Translations under genes and position numbers: made by a program
The notes under the pieces: generated by a model
The model's database searches: none
What the model was told of the DNA's origin: nothing
The model's input: the letters and a program-made list of their open reading frames with translations, nothing else
Shown here: positions 29,173 to 43,661 of the stretch, in pieces
Layout: every line of letters begins with the position of its first letter
Numbering within the stretch: position 1 is the stretch's first letter
Origin: the human T2T-CHM13v2.0 reference genome, Homo sapiens
DNA length: 64,000 nucleotides
Strand: one strand, 5' to 3'
Assembly: GCF_009914755.1 (NCBI RefSeq)
Contig: NC_060925.1

Positions 29173-29876
29173 TCACAAACCAAAAATAAAATTCTAAGCT
29201 CTCCCAACCACCAGAATAGACCCTCCCCCTCCTGGCCAAGATACCCCAGAGAAATCTGAAACACTAAATTCCAGGTCACTGATGGAAGGGAAGTTGGACA
29301 TACCTCTCCCTCTTGGAGTTTAGGCACAAATGACCAGCATTAACATTAAAATAGAGACAGAAGACTGACAAAACAGGCTCTTTGTGGCAATAAGATAACA
29401 AATTCCAACCTGACTCTAGTATAGCATCACATGCTGTCTGAGGGCTGCTAGCTAAGAGACTTCATCTACACAACAAGGGCCTTGGCTTCCACCACCCTGT
29501 TATCTTAGCTCAAATATTCCTTGCTACCGATTTCTTAAGTCTTTAGACAAAGCTTAACTTTTTCAAACAATTGCCAATCAGAAAATCTTTGAATCCACCA
29601 ATGACCTATCTACTTCCTCCCCCAAACCCCTGCTTACCCACCACCTTTGAGATGTCCTGCCTTTCTTGTAAACCAATGTATCTCTTACATATATTGATTT
29701 ATGTCTTTGCCTGTAACTTTTGTCTCCCTAAAATGTATAAAACCAAACTGTAACCTGACTGCCTCAGGCACATTTTCTCAGGACCTCTTGAGGCTGTAAC
29801 ACAGGCTGTGGTCACTCATATTGGCTCACAATAAGCCTCTTCAAATATTCTGCAGAGTTTGATTTTTTTGTTAATA
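29173..29876 (+). mobile_element. MER4-group (MER4D/E-like) ERV1 solo LTR
   Basis: aaaccaaaaataaaattctaagc start; ggtcactcatattggctcacaataagcctcttcaaatatt end. Confidence 0.75.
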
Positions 29877-30066
29877 ATATATGGGATAAAGGATGTGATG
29901 CTATTCAGTTCCCAAGCCTGTGCACCCTTGAGGGCTGTGAGGCCAAGCCAGCTAGTCCGATTTATAGTGACTCTGTTTGCTAACATCTAAGGACTTTTTA
30001 TCTATAGCATTCAGTTGCTAATTAATCATTAATTGATAATTAGTATTTGGATAACCACATACATAA

Positions 30067-30397
<331 letters not shown>

Positions 30398-31501
30398 ACA
30401 AAACTTAATTTTTTATGTAGTTCTCATGATGGTGCCAAATTTTTAAGGATCATGTGACCATGGTTGCATCTTTCTCTGTATAGCATTCCTCAGTGTCTTT
30501 CAGCACACATTGTAATCAGTTTTCTCCTTGAGTGCTCACCTGCGATGATGTTGATGGGCCTCCTCTTTGTGCGGGTTGGACAGCTGGGGGCCTAGGGGCC
30601 AGGAAACTGGAGAAAGCATTCATCCAGGCTCATTCATGCTTCAGTGTGGCTGAGTTTTCAAAATATTAGTTGGTCCTTTCTTCATATCTGAATTGAGTGT
30701 CATGCAAGACCCCTAAATGGTGCCCAGTGACTGATTAGATGGAATAATTAATTTTACATGAGAGTGGAATTTCCTTTAACCTTCACACAGATGTCACGTT
30801 ATGATAATGTTGCTTAATGCCATGGTTCTAGTTCTGAAGATGGTTTCAGAGGGAGAACTATCACAGAGACTTTTACCTTAGGTGAGACCTTTGCACATGT
30901 AGGGTTTTGTCACAATCTGCTTAATTGTCTTGCAAATGGAGTTTCAAAAACAAAAGTGTGTAAATTAGTACAGCTGTTATGGAAAACAGTATGGAGTTTC
31001 CCCCAAAAGCTAAAAATAGAAGTACCCTGTGATCCAGCAGGTCCCACTGCTGGGTATATATATCCAAAGAAAATGAAGTCAGTATGTCAAAGAGACATTT
31101 GCACTCTCATGTTTATTGCAGCACTATTCACAACAGCCAAGATATGGGATCTACCTAAGTGTCCATCAACAGATGAATGGATAAAGAAAATTCAGTCTTA
31201 AAAAAGAAGGACATCTTGTCAGTTATGACAACATAGTTGAAACCGAAGGACATCGTGTTAAGTGAAATAAACCAGGCACAGAAAGACAAATACTACATGA
31301 TCTCATTTTTATGTGGAATCTAAAAAAGTTGAACTCATAGAAGCAGAGAGTAGAATGTTGATTACTAGGGGATGAGGCAGGGATTGGCAGGGATAGAGAA
31401 AGGGGAGATAATGGATCAAAAGGTACAAAGTTTCAGTTAGGGGGAGTAAGTTCAAAAGATCAATCATATGTCATGGTGACCACAGTTAAGAATAATATAT
31501 T

Positions 31502-31795
31502 GGGTCAGATGTGGTGGCTCATGCCTGTAATCCCAGCACTTGGGATTTAGGAGGCTGAGCCAGGAGGATCGCTTGAGCCTAGGAGTTCAAGACCAGCCTG
31601 AGCAACATGGTGAAACCCTGTCTCTACAAAAAAAATACAAAAATTAGCCGGGCATGGTAGTATGCACTTGTAGACCTAGCTACCCAAGAGGCTGAGGTAA
31701 CAGGATCAGCTGAGCTTGGTGAGATTGAGGCTGCAGTGAGTTGTGGTCATGCCACTGCACTCCAGCCTGGGCTACAGAGGGAGATCCTGTCTCAA
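31502..31795 (+). mobile_element. AluJ
   Basis: ggaggatcgcttgagcctaggagttc diagnostic; TSD aataatatat. Confidence 0.9.
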
Positions 31796-31936
31796 TAATA
31801 ATATATACTTGAAAATTGCTAAGAGAGTAGATTTTAAGTGTTCTCACCACAAAAAATAAGTATGTGAGGTGATACATATGTTAAATTCTTGATTTAGCCA
31901 CTCCACATTGTATACATATGTCAGAACATCATGTTG

Positions 31937-32564
31937 TGTCAGAAGCTTTGAATCAGAGCTATTCCATCTTGAGTAGGGGCTGGGTAAAATAAGGCTGAGA
32001 CCTACTGGGCTTCATTTCCAGGTGGTTAGGCATTCTATGTCATGGAATGAGATAGGAGGTCAGCACAAGATACAGGTCATAAAGACCTTGCTGATAAAAC
32101 AGTTTGTGGTGAAGAAACCGGCCAAAACCCACCAAAATCAAGACGGTGACAAAAGTGACCGTCTGGTCGCCCTCACTGCTCATTATACACTAATTATAAT
32201 GCATTAGCATGCTAAAAGACACACCCACTAGCACCATGACAGTTTACAAGTGCAATGGCAACGTCAGGAAGTTACCCTATATGGTCTAAAAAGAGGAGGA
32301 ACCCTGAATTCTGGGAATTGCCCACTGTTTTCCTGGAAAACTTATGAATAATCCACCTCTTGTTCAGCATATAATCAAGAAACAACCATAAAAATGGCCA
32401 ACCAGCAGCCCTTGGTGCTGCTCTGCCTATGGAGTAACCATTCTTTATTCCTTTACTTTGTTAATAAACTTGCTTTCACTTTACGGATTCACCTCAAATT
32501 CCTTCTTTCACGAGATCCAAGAACCCTCTCTTGGGATCTGGATTAGGACTCCTTTCTGGTAACA
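31937..32564 (+). mobile_element. MER41B solo LTR
   Basis: tgtcagaagc...ccatcttgagtaggggctgggtaaaataaggctgagacctactggg ... ctggtaaca; 628 bp; perfect 4-bp TSD gttg. Confidence 0.9.
32309..32338. promoter_or_regulatory. Tandem GAS (STAT1) motifs in MER41B
   Basis: TTCTGGGAA (32309-32317) and TTCCTGGAA (32330-32338), both fit TTCNNNGAA. Confidence 0.7.
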
Positions 32565-32662
32565 GTTGTACACCATAAATACATACAATTTTTACTTGTC
32601 AATTTAAAAAATTTTTAAAAGAGAAGAGAATGAGAGAATGAGTCAGTGATCATAATTCAAAA

Positions 32663-32952
<290 letters not shown>

Positions 32953-35631
32953 TTACACTTATCATCTGGTGCTAGATTGAAGGTGCTCTCCTCTGAAGCA
33001 TTTACCTACAGATCTTACCTGATGGCTGCCCTTTTGAAATCTGTGTCTGACGACTGAGGGGTCACCATGTTATTGCACCCACACACACGGTTGAGATGGG
33101 GCCCAGGTAGCAAGGGTCTTTGCCTACTGTATCATTGAAGCTCAAAAGCACACACAGAGTTTCCATATTGTATTTGGATCACTTTGGTGAACTGGAAACA
33201 GTAATCTGGCTGTGAGGGTAGTAGGTTTTCCCAGTGGGGAAGATGCCCCCCTAACCACAGGCATCCCATTGGTGTGAAGAGAAATGAGCCAGGAGCTTTC
33301 ATCATCATCGGACCATCAGACCACACACATGCGCCCTCACACTCTGCTTCTAAATGCCCTGAATGCCTTAAAGGTAGAGAAAACACATTTTCTTTGGTTG
33401 TGAATCTGTGGTATGAACATAAGCAGAGGGTGCTACCTCCTTTGCCTTGTTTTGATATTTATTTGTTCAGGGACCATGTATTGAGAGGTATCTACATGCA
33501 GACACTGTGTTAAGCTGAGAGCAAATCTGGGGCAGAGCACAATAAATAGTCAGTGTTTGTGGCTTTTAGATTGATGAGCAAATATTCACACAAATAAATG
33601 TTCAATTCATTGAGTTGTCACCCTTTTCAACCTCAGACTGAGCTCCAGAATGGGGACTAGGCCATTTCACCTCTGCACCCCAGCATGCAGCCCAGTGTTT
33701 GGAGGAGTGGGTGCTGAGAAGTTGGCTGAAAGCACCATCCTCGTGCTGTCTAATGTCAGCTCCTGCAAGGGAAGCTCTTGGGTCCTAGCACCAAGGGTAG
33801 AGGTCACTGTGGTTGTCCTGCCAAGATATGCTCTCCTGAGGTGGCTGTTGGAGGAGCGGCGCGTAGAGACATGGAGTGCATCTCAGAGCTCAGACCTTGG
33901 CCGCTCCTCTGGGATGGTCGCAGCATCTCTCTTCCTGACCACACTACAAGGGTTGGTGACCAAAAGGAATGTTTGAGCCTTCAGTAGTTACAGAAGTGAG
34001 GCCCTAAGCACTGCCCATCCAGTGCAGGCTTGGAATGGGGGTCGTTCCAAGGTGTCCACAGTCAGACCCACCTGCTCCAGGGTGGCTGAGAGCATGAGAA
34101 AAGGTAACTTGCTCAGAGTGCTCAGTACTGACCTATGCTGGTCAGTGACAGCTGCCAATAAACAAGGGGGTGGGGACTGTGCCTCCCAAGGTAGGCCAGC
34201 CTAACTCTGTAAAGCACTGTTAGTTTAACTGTCCCAAAGCGAGCTATGGACAAGAGCCTTGAAGTCCAGTGTTTTATAATGGGCATAAACACAAGGTGCC
34301 AGCTTGGAGGACTTTCTGCTGATGCCCTCAACAGAGCCAGCTCTGGCATAGTGCCCTCTGCTGGTGATGTGGATCCATGCTCGGCAAGCCCGGGAAAAAA
34401 GGCAGGTCAAGACACTTTGAGACTCCTTCTCAGGCCACCACATGGTGTTTAATGATTATTGTTATATTCTAAGTTGATAGAAGTGCACTCTGGCCCTTAG
34501 CTGGGGACCAAAGCAAAGGAGTGGAGAGGAGCTAGGAGGGCAGTAGCAACACGGGGACACCCTCTAAGCAGCAGCTCAGCCTGTCCCTGCCCTGGCCTTT
34601 CAGCCCCTCACTCCTCCTGAGTCCTCTCAGCTCACTGCCATGAGGTGTTCTATGTTTCCTCCACGGGGCTGGGGGATCCGAAGGCAGGCACTACTTTGAC
34701 TTTCTGCATCTGGAGGCCACAGTAGGTACTGAATACACCTTTGATGGAAGGGCTCATCACCTGTTCCGTTCCCACACTGTTTCCATGACAAATGACTGAA
34801 TGCAGACTGTGCTCGAGAGGCTCGCACAGCAGGGCCGCTCCCACTGCTCTGTTGCTTAAACAGGAAAGGGTCCAGCCTAGGGCACCGAAGGCAAAGGAGC
34901 AGAGGGGGGTTCTCTCAATTCAGTGAGGGGCACAAAAGGCAACCCACCCCCAGCTCATCCCTGGGAGCCCAGAAGCCCATGAAGAAGGCTTTCTGGAGTG
35001 CCCTGGTTGTCCAGCATGGTACGGACAGACGGTGGGGCTAGTCAGCAGTAGCACACCCTGGTCTCCACTGCATCTGGGTTTGAATCCTTGTGCTTTCACT
35101 TGCCAGCTCTGTGCCTGTTAACATCTCTGAGCCTCTGTTTTCTCATCTAAAAATAGAAATGATGATAATACAGTCCTTTTCTGAGGACTACGTGAATTTA
35201 GTTATGTAATGTGTCACCTAAAATGATGCTTAACACATAGTCAGGGCTCAAAACCGGTTGTCATGGCTGCTGATATGGCTATTCCTAGGAACGTTGCAGA
35301 GATGTGGGAGATTCAAATGAATCCAAAAATTTAAATTCCGGCCTACCGTTACCTACAGTTACCTGCAATACACCATAGATATCGTGAAATGGAATAGAAC
35401 AGTTTCAAGATGACATTAATATTTTAGTTTTTACCCTTTGATAAATCGCTTCGCATCTTTGGGTCTTGGTTTCTTCATGAGGAAAATGATGTAGTATAAT
35501 TCAGTAATCATATGCTACATATAGTAATCATGCTAGGATCCTGAACATGAGATCATATAATACAAACCTAATCTAGGCAGTCCCAGCTTCTTGCAAAGTT
35601 GCATTTCCCCTACTCAATTATTCAGTTCTGA

Positions 35632-35723
35632 ATATACATATGTACGTATATACGTGTGTACGTATGTACGTGTGTACGTGTGTACGTATGTACGTGTGTA
35701 CGTGTGTACGTATGTATGTATGT
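35632..35723. repeat. Perfect alternating purine-pyrimidine tract of 8-mers tacgtgtg/tacgtatg
   Basis: Nine tacg units, 24-bp higher-order period, 92 bp of strict RY alternation. Confidence 0.95.
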
Positions 35724-38217
35724 TACTGCCTGCTGCCTTACTTGACTGGTTTAGAAACCAAGCGTCAGCCTGATTTATGCTTCCTGATTTTTCTTGGACA
35801 ACTGAGTCAGCATTTCATCTTATAAGGTCCCCATCTAGTGGTAGTAAAAGAAAATTGCAAGGCCGTAAGTCCCCTTTTCCCATCTGCATTCCTGGTCCAT
35901 AAAAGTGGGACAGATATGAATGAATGAATGCTGAGAATGGGACGAATCAGGTAAAACCAACTCAAGATGTGAGTTCTGAGTTGGGTCTTGAAATAAAATG
36001 GCAAACATAGATTGCCAAAGAAGCATTGTGAACTTTCCTGGTTGGAGGTAAGTCATGCACTAAAGCTCTGCATTGAAAAGAAGGGGAGTTTGGCATTCTT
36101 GGCCAAAAAAGCAACTGTTTGGGTGACAGTGGAGGGGCCATGTTGGTTAGTTGGGAATGACAAGAATGGTATAACTGGGCAGAAGAGTTTAGACTTGATG
36201 TGACAGTTTTCTAAGATGCCAAGTTGGTCTGTTACAGAATCCGCAACATATCAGTAGGGTTCCAAATCACACTCTCAAAAGCAGTGTGGCCCATGCCCTT
36301 CTCTATGGGTCTAAGGCTCTCTTCTTAATGGCTTTTATAGAGCTGTTACCCTCCCTCTCAACTTCTGTTAAGTGCATGGGTTTTGGATTCAGAAAGTCAC
36401 CCTGTGTTCTTGAGAAAAGTATTAACTTCATTTTTCTCATCTGTAAAACTGCAGGAGGATGCAGGTTGATGTGAGGATTAAGTGATGTGATCTGAGCATG
36501 GAACCTAGTGTACAGCCTGACACAAAGTATAGCCCAATAAACAGCATTATGAATGCCTTTCTTTCCTCTCATGGATCACTTCATTGTCCCCTTCCTTTGA
36601 GTTGCTTATTTTTATAAAGGTCTCTTTTGTGTCACGTTTGTGAAACAGGATGTTAAACACAACTTTTTGTATCCTCTTAAGGCTTTAGCAAAAGCACTGG
36701 GGGCCAAGAACAACAGGTGCTGCACTATAAATGCAAAAATTATGAAACCAGCTTTGACCCCTATCCCATCAGCCACCTGGCACATATGTAAGAAAAGGCA
36801 AAGGTTTCATCAAGGGGTTCAAGAGGCCAGGAAAGGGCTGCCAGGATGCAGTGCACCACCCGCTGCCCCACCCATGGGGGCTGAGGACGGAGGGCCTTTT
36901 CCTTCTCTGTCAGCTCAAGAGAAAGAAACCACCAAGAGAAAACTCACCTGGAGACATTGTCATGGGCTCTCTGGCGTTTGAGGGATCAGCCTGAAAATAA
37001 CTGAAAGAACTCTGCCCCCAAAAGCCTTTCTGCCAGGCTCAGGCGTCTACAGCAGAAAGAAACTGGGGACACTGTTGGAAGCAGTGGCTGGGGTGGGGTT
37101 GGGGATGAGAAGCTTGTACATGGTCAGCTGGAGGACCAGCTACACCAGGGAAGGGGGTCCCCAGGAAGAGCATTCTCCGAAACCCATCAAAGCTCTCAGT
37201 CACAGCCAGAAGGCCTTTTCTGTCCCATGCCTCCCCTCCAAACCCCTGAACCACGCTGGAAAGGCCCCCAGGGAGGTAGAGAGTGAGACAAAGAGGAGTC
37301 TAACCCCTGAGGGAGGTCCACGCTGGAGCAGGAGGGAAAATTTAGATTGAATGGGAGTCTAGGGTTTTGATAATAATCGCTGGAAATCTAATTTTATTAG
37401 ATTACATTTTATTAACTGTAAGTAGTCAGAGGAACTGTTATTACTAAAGAGTAATTAGAAAAGCTATGATACAAATCCAAGGTTCTATCCAAGGGTGGAG
37501 TGGTAGGGATAATGAATTCTTCAGGAGGGGTGGGCTTAAGGGTTAATGTAGCCTCAGAGTCCAACTTATTTAATAAACTGGTAACAGGTGTATTTATCCC
37601 ATCATTGTTAGCTTTGCTGTAAGTTTAGGAGTTGGCTTTTATCCTGGGAGGACTATGTTGACATGACTCTATTATAATAACATAAATCTTCATGTCTCAG
37701 GGATTGTTGCATAATCCTGCCTGGAAACACAAAGATGAAGTAGACTTGATTATTCATTGATATTTATTGTTAATCTGCACTGTAATCAGACAATTAATAC
37801 AACAGAAGAAGGGCTTTGGGGCATATAGAGCTCAGTTCAAATCCAGTCCCATTACTTCCTGTGTACTTATGTGCCCTCGGTTTCATCACCTATGCAATGG
37901 GTATTATTCACGGGTTACCCTTGAAGAGTTGCAAGGATTTGATGAAATAATGCATGTCAGAGACCCAGAATGGTGGCTGACACGAGTACAGTGCCTAACC
38001 TAGTCAGTGAATAAATGTGGCTGCTATTACTGTATAGGGCAGAGGGTTAAGCCCTATGGGTTACAGAATAATGCACAGTCTCTCTGTTCAAAGAGTTTAC
38101 ATTCTGGGGAAAGGTAGATGAAATGTGTATATGTATAACTTGCGCTGTCAGTTTTTGATGTAGGCTATTTATTTACCAAGGCTTTACTGATTTCTTTGTA
38201 GACAAAGTGGATAATTG

Positions 38218-38495
<278 letters not shown>

Positions 38496-39099
38496 TTAGC
38501 ATTGGGTGTCCATTTTCTCAGGCGAATTTGTAGCTGAATGAAAGACTAAACCCAAATAAACTTTAATTAATAGGTTTGATGCAAGAGACAGAATTAAGCA
38601 AAAATGATCCTGGGAACTTACCCTAAGTTGTTTGAACAACAAGCCAGCTGGGATTTGGGGCATCCCTTTCTCTAGTAGGGTGTCCCCATGGCATCCTCCC
38701 TGGAGCAGATGGGACTGCAACATCCCATGGGCCTTAGGGTCTCCAGGCACTGGCATCTTGCTTTCCCCCAGGAAGCTCCTGAGAACAGCTGGCACCCAAA
38801 TCCAGACTGCCCAGTGCCCAATAAGTTTGTTCTCAGACTTGCCCCAAAAGAATAGAAAGCAGCTGAGGGCCAGGTCCCTCCCCTGGAACAACCTCCATGG
38901 TGAAGTCAGCTGTAATGCCCTGGCACCACCCACCTCTCATGAGGATAGTGGGAGAGAGGGAGCCCTGCCTTCCCTTGTTAACTCTCATTTTGTACGTTTG
39001 CTTCATTTTCTAGTAAAGTCCATTTCTTCCCCAGTCTATGTTATGTTGTGAAATTCAACCAAGCCTTAGTACATGACTCTGAAGGAATCTGCCTCAGAT

Positions 39100-40205
39100 G
39101 AAAATGGGTTAGTTTTAACTGGAGAGGCAATTTCTTACAGCCTACCACGAGCTTTGTCCATCACAATGCTCTGCTAAGTGATTCAGCTTGGATAAAGATT
39201 TGGAAGGCAAGCTGCTCAGACCTGTAGGGGATATGAAGCTAGGACAGTGTGAATGGAGAAACCCCTGGAGGACCAAGTCAAAATACTAAAAGAGCTCAAT
39301 AAGATCTTTTTAAAATGCTGGGCCCATACATTAAAGAGAAAATATCACAAGATCAAATTAATTTGGGTTAAAAACATTATAAAGTACAAAATGGATGATA
39401 TGATTTGGCTCTGTGTGCCCACCCAAATCTCACCTTGAATTGTAATAATCTCTACGTGTCAAGAACGGGACCAGGTGGAGATAATTGAATCATGGGGGCA
39501 ATTCACCGATATTATTCTCATGATAGTGAGTCAGTTCTCACAGGATCTGATGGTTTTATAAGGGGCTTCCCCCTTCACTTGTCTCTCACTTCTCTTGTCT
39601 GCTACCATGTAAGATGTGCCTGTTTTGTCTTCCGCCATGACTGTAAGTTTCCTGAGGCCTCCCTAGCCAAGCACGACTGTGAGTCAATTAAACTTCTTTT
39701 CTTTATAAATTATTCAGTCTCAGTTATGTCTTCAAAGCAGCATGAAAATGGACTAATACAAGAACTTATCTTAATAGCAATTCTTATGAAAAATATCTGA
39801 AAGTTTAGTAGACCCAAGTTCCATATGAACCAGTAATATTATGTGGTTGACAAAAAAGCTGACTCAGCCTCCGGTGATGGAAATAAGAGAGACAGAGTTA
39901 GTTCCCCCAAGTTCTCCACTGGCTGGGTCAGATCTGGACCCAGTGACAACTTGATCAACATTCTGGGGAGTGCAAAAAGAATGTTGTAGGGTTTTATGGG
40001 GAAAGATTTAAAGAGCTGGAGAAATTTAGCTTGAAAAAGGCAGAACTTCACTATCACCAAACAGCTTTCTTAAAATATTTGAAGGGCTGTTATTCAATTG
40101 CCCAATAAAAAAATCCACTGTCACACTGAAGGAAAAATGTAGATTTGTTTTCAGTATGGTTTCATGGAACAGAACAAGTACAAATTGGTAAAAGTCATAG
40201 GAAAA
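39100..40205 (+). mobile_element. L3/CR1 remnant interrupted by THE1
   Basis: cttggataaagatttggaaggcaagctgctcaga...gatatgaagctagga typical CR1 RT C-terminal region. Confidence 0.6.
39396..39760 (+). mobile_element. THE1 (THE1C-like) solo LTR
   Basis: tgatatgatttggctctgtgtgcccacccaaatctc ... gactaataca. Confidence 0.9.
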
Positions 40206-40892
40206 CAATCACCAGAGCCAAAACCAAACCAAAACAAAAGCTTTTAGACATTTATTGCTCCAAAAATGTGACAAGCTGATTCACAGAGAAGTGCCCTCCT
40301 TAGTGCTAAGCCTGGGGGATGGCCATCATAAGAGAGAGTCTGGAGAGGTCTTTGAGCTGCACCAAAAGGGAGACTGTAAGTCACCAACCCAATGTACATT
40401 CTGCCCTTCTTCAGTACAAAATCCTCATTTTATATGGGGCATCAATGTGCCTGGCCAAAAACCAGTGCCTTATTGCTAGGTGTGGCCACATATCTAAGTT
40501 CAGGACAAACAGTTATAAATGAAAGGGTTTTGTGGGAGGGCTCATTAAAGAGGGATTAGCAGGGAGGTACACTTTTGTGCTCTTCCTCTTTTATAAAAAG
40601 CTTAGAGTATGGATGTTATGGCTGGTGCACCAGCAGCCATCTTGGACCATGATGTAACTGTGAGGATAGAAACCTTACTCAGGATGGTGGAGCAGAAAGA
40701 CGAAGCTGAGTATCTAATGATGATAGAGCTGCCATTCTGTACATATTTTGGGGGGTATTTACTGTTTTCCAAGTAGTGTTCTAGGCACTTGGTGAACAAA
40801 ACAGTGTCTGCTTTCACAGACCTTACACTTGTGAGGAAGGCAGAGCTCTTGCTGCATTATTCAAACTCTGGAGATAGGGAGCATTATCCTAG

Positions 40893-41251
<359 letters not shown>

Positions 41252-41785
41252 TTATAATCTTGACTAGATAGATGAGAACATTGAGATTTACAGATATTAT
41301 TTCCCCAGGTTACTCAAAGAGTGATCAGACTGAGATTCAAACCCAAGTGTGTTGGCTCCAACCTCACTTTTGTAACCACTTCTCTCAACTTGTTCAAAGG
41401 CAAGAGATGGGAGAAAGATAGGAAGACACTCAGAGAAATAAGGAGGAGAACCAGGAGAGTGCACATTTTAGAAGAAAAGGAGGAGAAGAGTTACAAGAAA
41501 GAGAGAGGTGAAGAGAAGGAAGGTGAGGACCAATAATGGGTGACAGGATTTGGAGAGTAGACATTAGTGACCTTCAAGAAAACAATTTTAGTAGAGAATC
41601 TTCCTGGCTTACTTTAATTCTTTAAACCTGAGTCTTTTTTTTCTCTCTCTCTGTAACAGGTTTACAAAATCTTTCATTTTTATCTATTATTGAGATTTAT
41701 GTTAAAAATAGATTTCAGCAACTGTTTGGTAGTATAATTATTCCTATGACATCAGTAGTACATCCAGTACCAATTTTTTTTCAAG

Positions 41786-42170
41786 CTACCAAATGCCACC
41801 AAGAATTGCATATTGTACAGTGGCAGCAGCTGTTTTGCAGGCATTTAAGTATAGAACTGAGATGTTTTTCACAAAAAAACTTCTTGTATCCACATCCATG
41901 GACCTGAAAGGTGTTTGCACACCATATGCTTCATTTTCTTCAACTGTAGAGTAATAAATAACATTGTCAAAATCACTACTGAAAAGTATGTGCTCATTTT
42001 CTTGGGGGTGGAGGGAAGTGGAGTTCATGTTTCTAAAACTATTTCCTCATTTGAATTTATCTTCATCGCTCAGGAGAAAACTGTCCTTCTAATTGTCAAG
42101 GAACTGTAGTAGGTTGTAAACATCCCTGGAAATTCCAGTTTCGAATGATATTTCCTATAACGTCTTGAGT
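41786..42170 (-). pseudogene. Candidate terminal exon remnant of a decayed minus-strand gene
   Basis: Strong acceptor ccttgcctctccttccatttcatccttcag; phase-2 frame KLKTL*EISFETGISRDVYNLLQFLDN*KDSFLLSDEDKFK*GNSFRN runs into the 80-aa ORF 41786-42028; + ORF 41915-42109 is open in the antisense register. Confidence 0.45.
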
Positions 42171-42782
42171 CTGAAGGATGAAATGGAAGGAGAGGCAAGG
42201 TAAGCCGCAAACTACCCACAACTCTTTTCTCACCCTATCGTCTCACATCCACCACCCTCATCACTGATTTCCTTCCCCTCTACATGCCCAGCCTAATCAA
42301 TTAAAACAGCAAGTTTATTTTCATATTTACCATTGAGAATGAAGGCTCTTTAGCATAACAGGTGTTAGTTCCACAAAATATTTCTTGGAAGACAAAGACC
42401 ACACTTGTTGGGGGTTTGATGAATAATTTGTAGGGCATGTTATTAACATGCCCTGTGCCCAGACAATGGTACATGAGTAACTGCAGAAGGAGATACTTGC
42501 TTTCCTCCTAAGAGCTCATGAAAGGGCTATGTCAATGTGCAGTGGGTGTGTGTAGCGGATGTGGGTGGGAAGATAAACTCTATCCTGATGAAGGGGCCCA
42601 TGCCAATCTCCCGCTCAGACTGTGGTCACCTGCCATGATGGTGATTGATTTGGTGGGGTCTGGGTGGTTACAAATTAGTCAAACCCAGAGTGGAAAGTAC
42701 TATTGAATTTAAGATGAAGTTGGTTTTTTCCTTCTTAATTGTGTTTCTTTTTGTCATTTCACCCCGCATGAATTTATCTTAT

Positions 42783-43227
42783 TATATTAGGGTTCTCTAG
42801 AGGGACAGAAGTAATAGGATAGATGTATATATAAAGCAGAATTTATTAAGGAGTGTTGACTCACATGATCACAAGGTGTGGTCCCACAATAGGCTATCTG
42901 CAAGCTGAGGAGAAAAGAAGCCAGTCTAAGTCCTGAAGCTGAAGAACTCGGAGTCTGATGTTTGAGGGCAGGAAGCATCCAGCATGGGAGAAAGATATAG
43001 GCCAGAAGACTAAACCTATCTAGTCTTTCCAGATTCTTTTGCCTGCTTTTATTCTGGCTGTGCTGGCAGCTGATTAGATGGTACCCACCCAGATGGAGGG
43101 TGGGTCCGCCTCTCCCAGCCCACTGACTCAAATGTTAATCTCCTTTGGCAGCACCCTCACAGCACCCAGGAACAATACTTTGCATCCTTCAATCCAATCA
43201 AGTTGACACTCAGGATTAACCATCACA
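42783..43227 (-). mobile_element. MLT2A solo LTR (HERV-L)
   Basis: tatattagggttctctagagggacagaa ... ttaaccatcaca; perfect TSD cttat. Confidence 0.92.
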
Positions 43228-43661
43228 CTTATACTAACAAAGAGGAATTAAATTAGTAAAGTCCCTGTTGGTTAGCCTGCTGACTGCTGCACTGGGGATG
43301 GGGGTGGTTCCTTTGCTGTGAGAACAGGTGCAGTGAGAGGAAGAGGGAGGAATAACTTTGCCTTCTTGAAGCTGGACACTTGATACTTTGATGTATTACC
43401 TCATTTAATCCTTATGGCTTTGAGGTAGACATTATCCTCTCCATTTTTAGATTAATGAACTGGAATATCAAAAAGGTTAATGAGGTTCTTATGGTCACAC
43501 TGTTAATAGACGTGAGCCAGAACTTAAATTTAGTATTTTTTCTCCCTGCTTTTAAACATATTCTTCTGCTAGACTACAACATCACCACGAAAGAAAAGAG
43601 TTTTAACAATGGGGAGGGTCTCCTAGGTAACACTCAGACCAGAATATATTCAACATCTCAC

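Larger units (their letters stand above)
30955..32620 (+). mobile_element. L1MA/MB 3' end, interrupted by AluJ and MER41B
   Basis: CKLVQLLWKTVW...FIAALFTTAKIW ORF2 end; 3'UTR resumes after MER41 (gttgtacaccataaatacatac). Confidence 0.85.

Noticed and set aside
35591-35825. ORFs with YVRVYVCT repeats, or a CRISPR-like array
   Set aside because: Translation of a simple tandem repeat with no unique spacers; eukaryotic DNA
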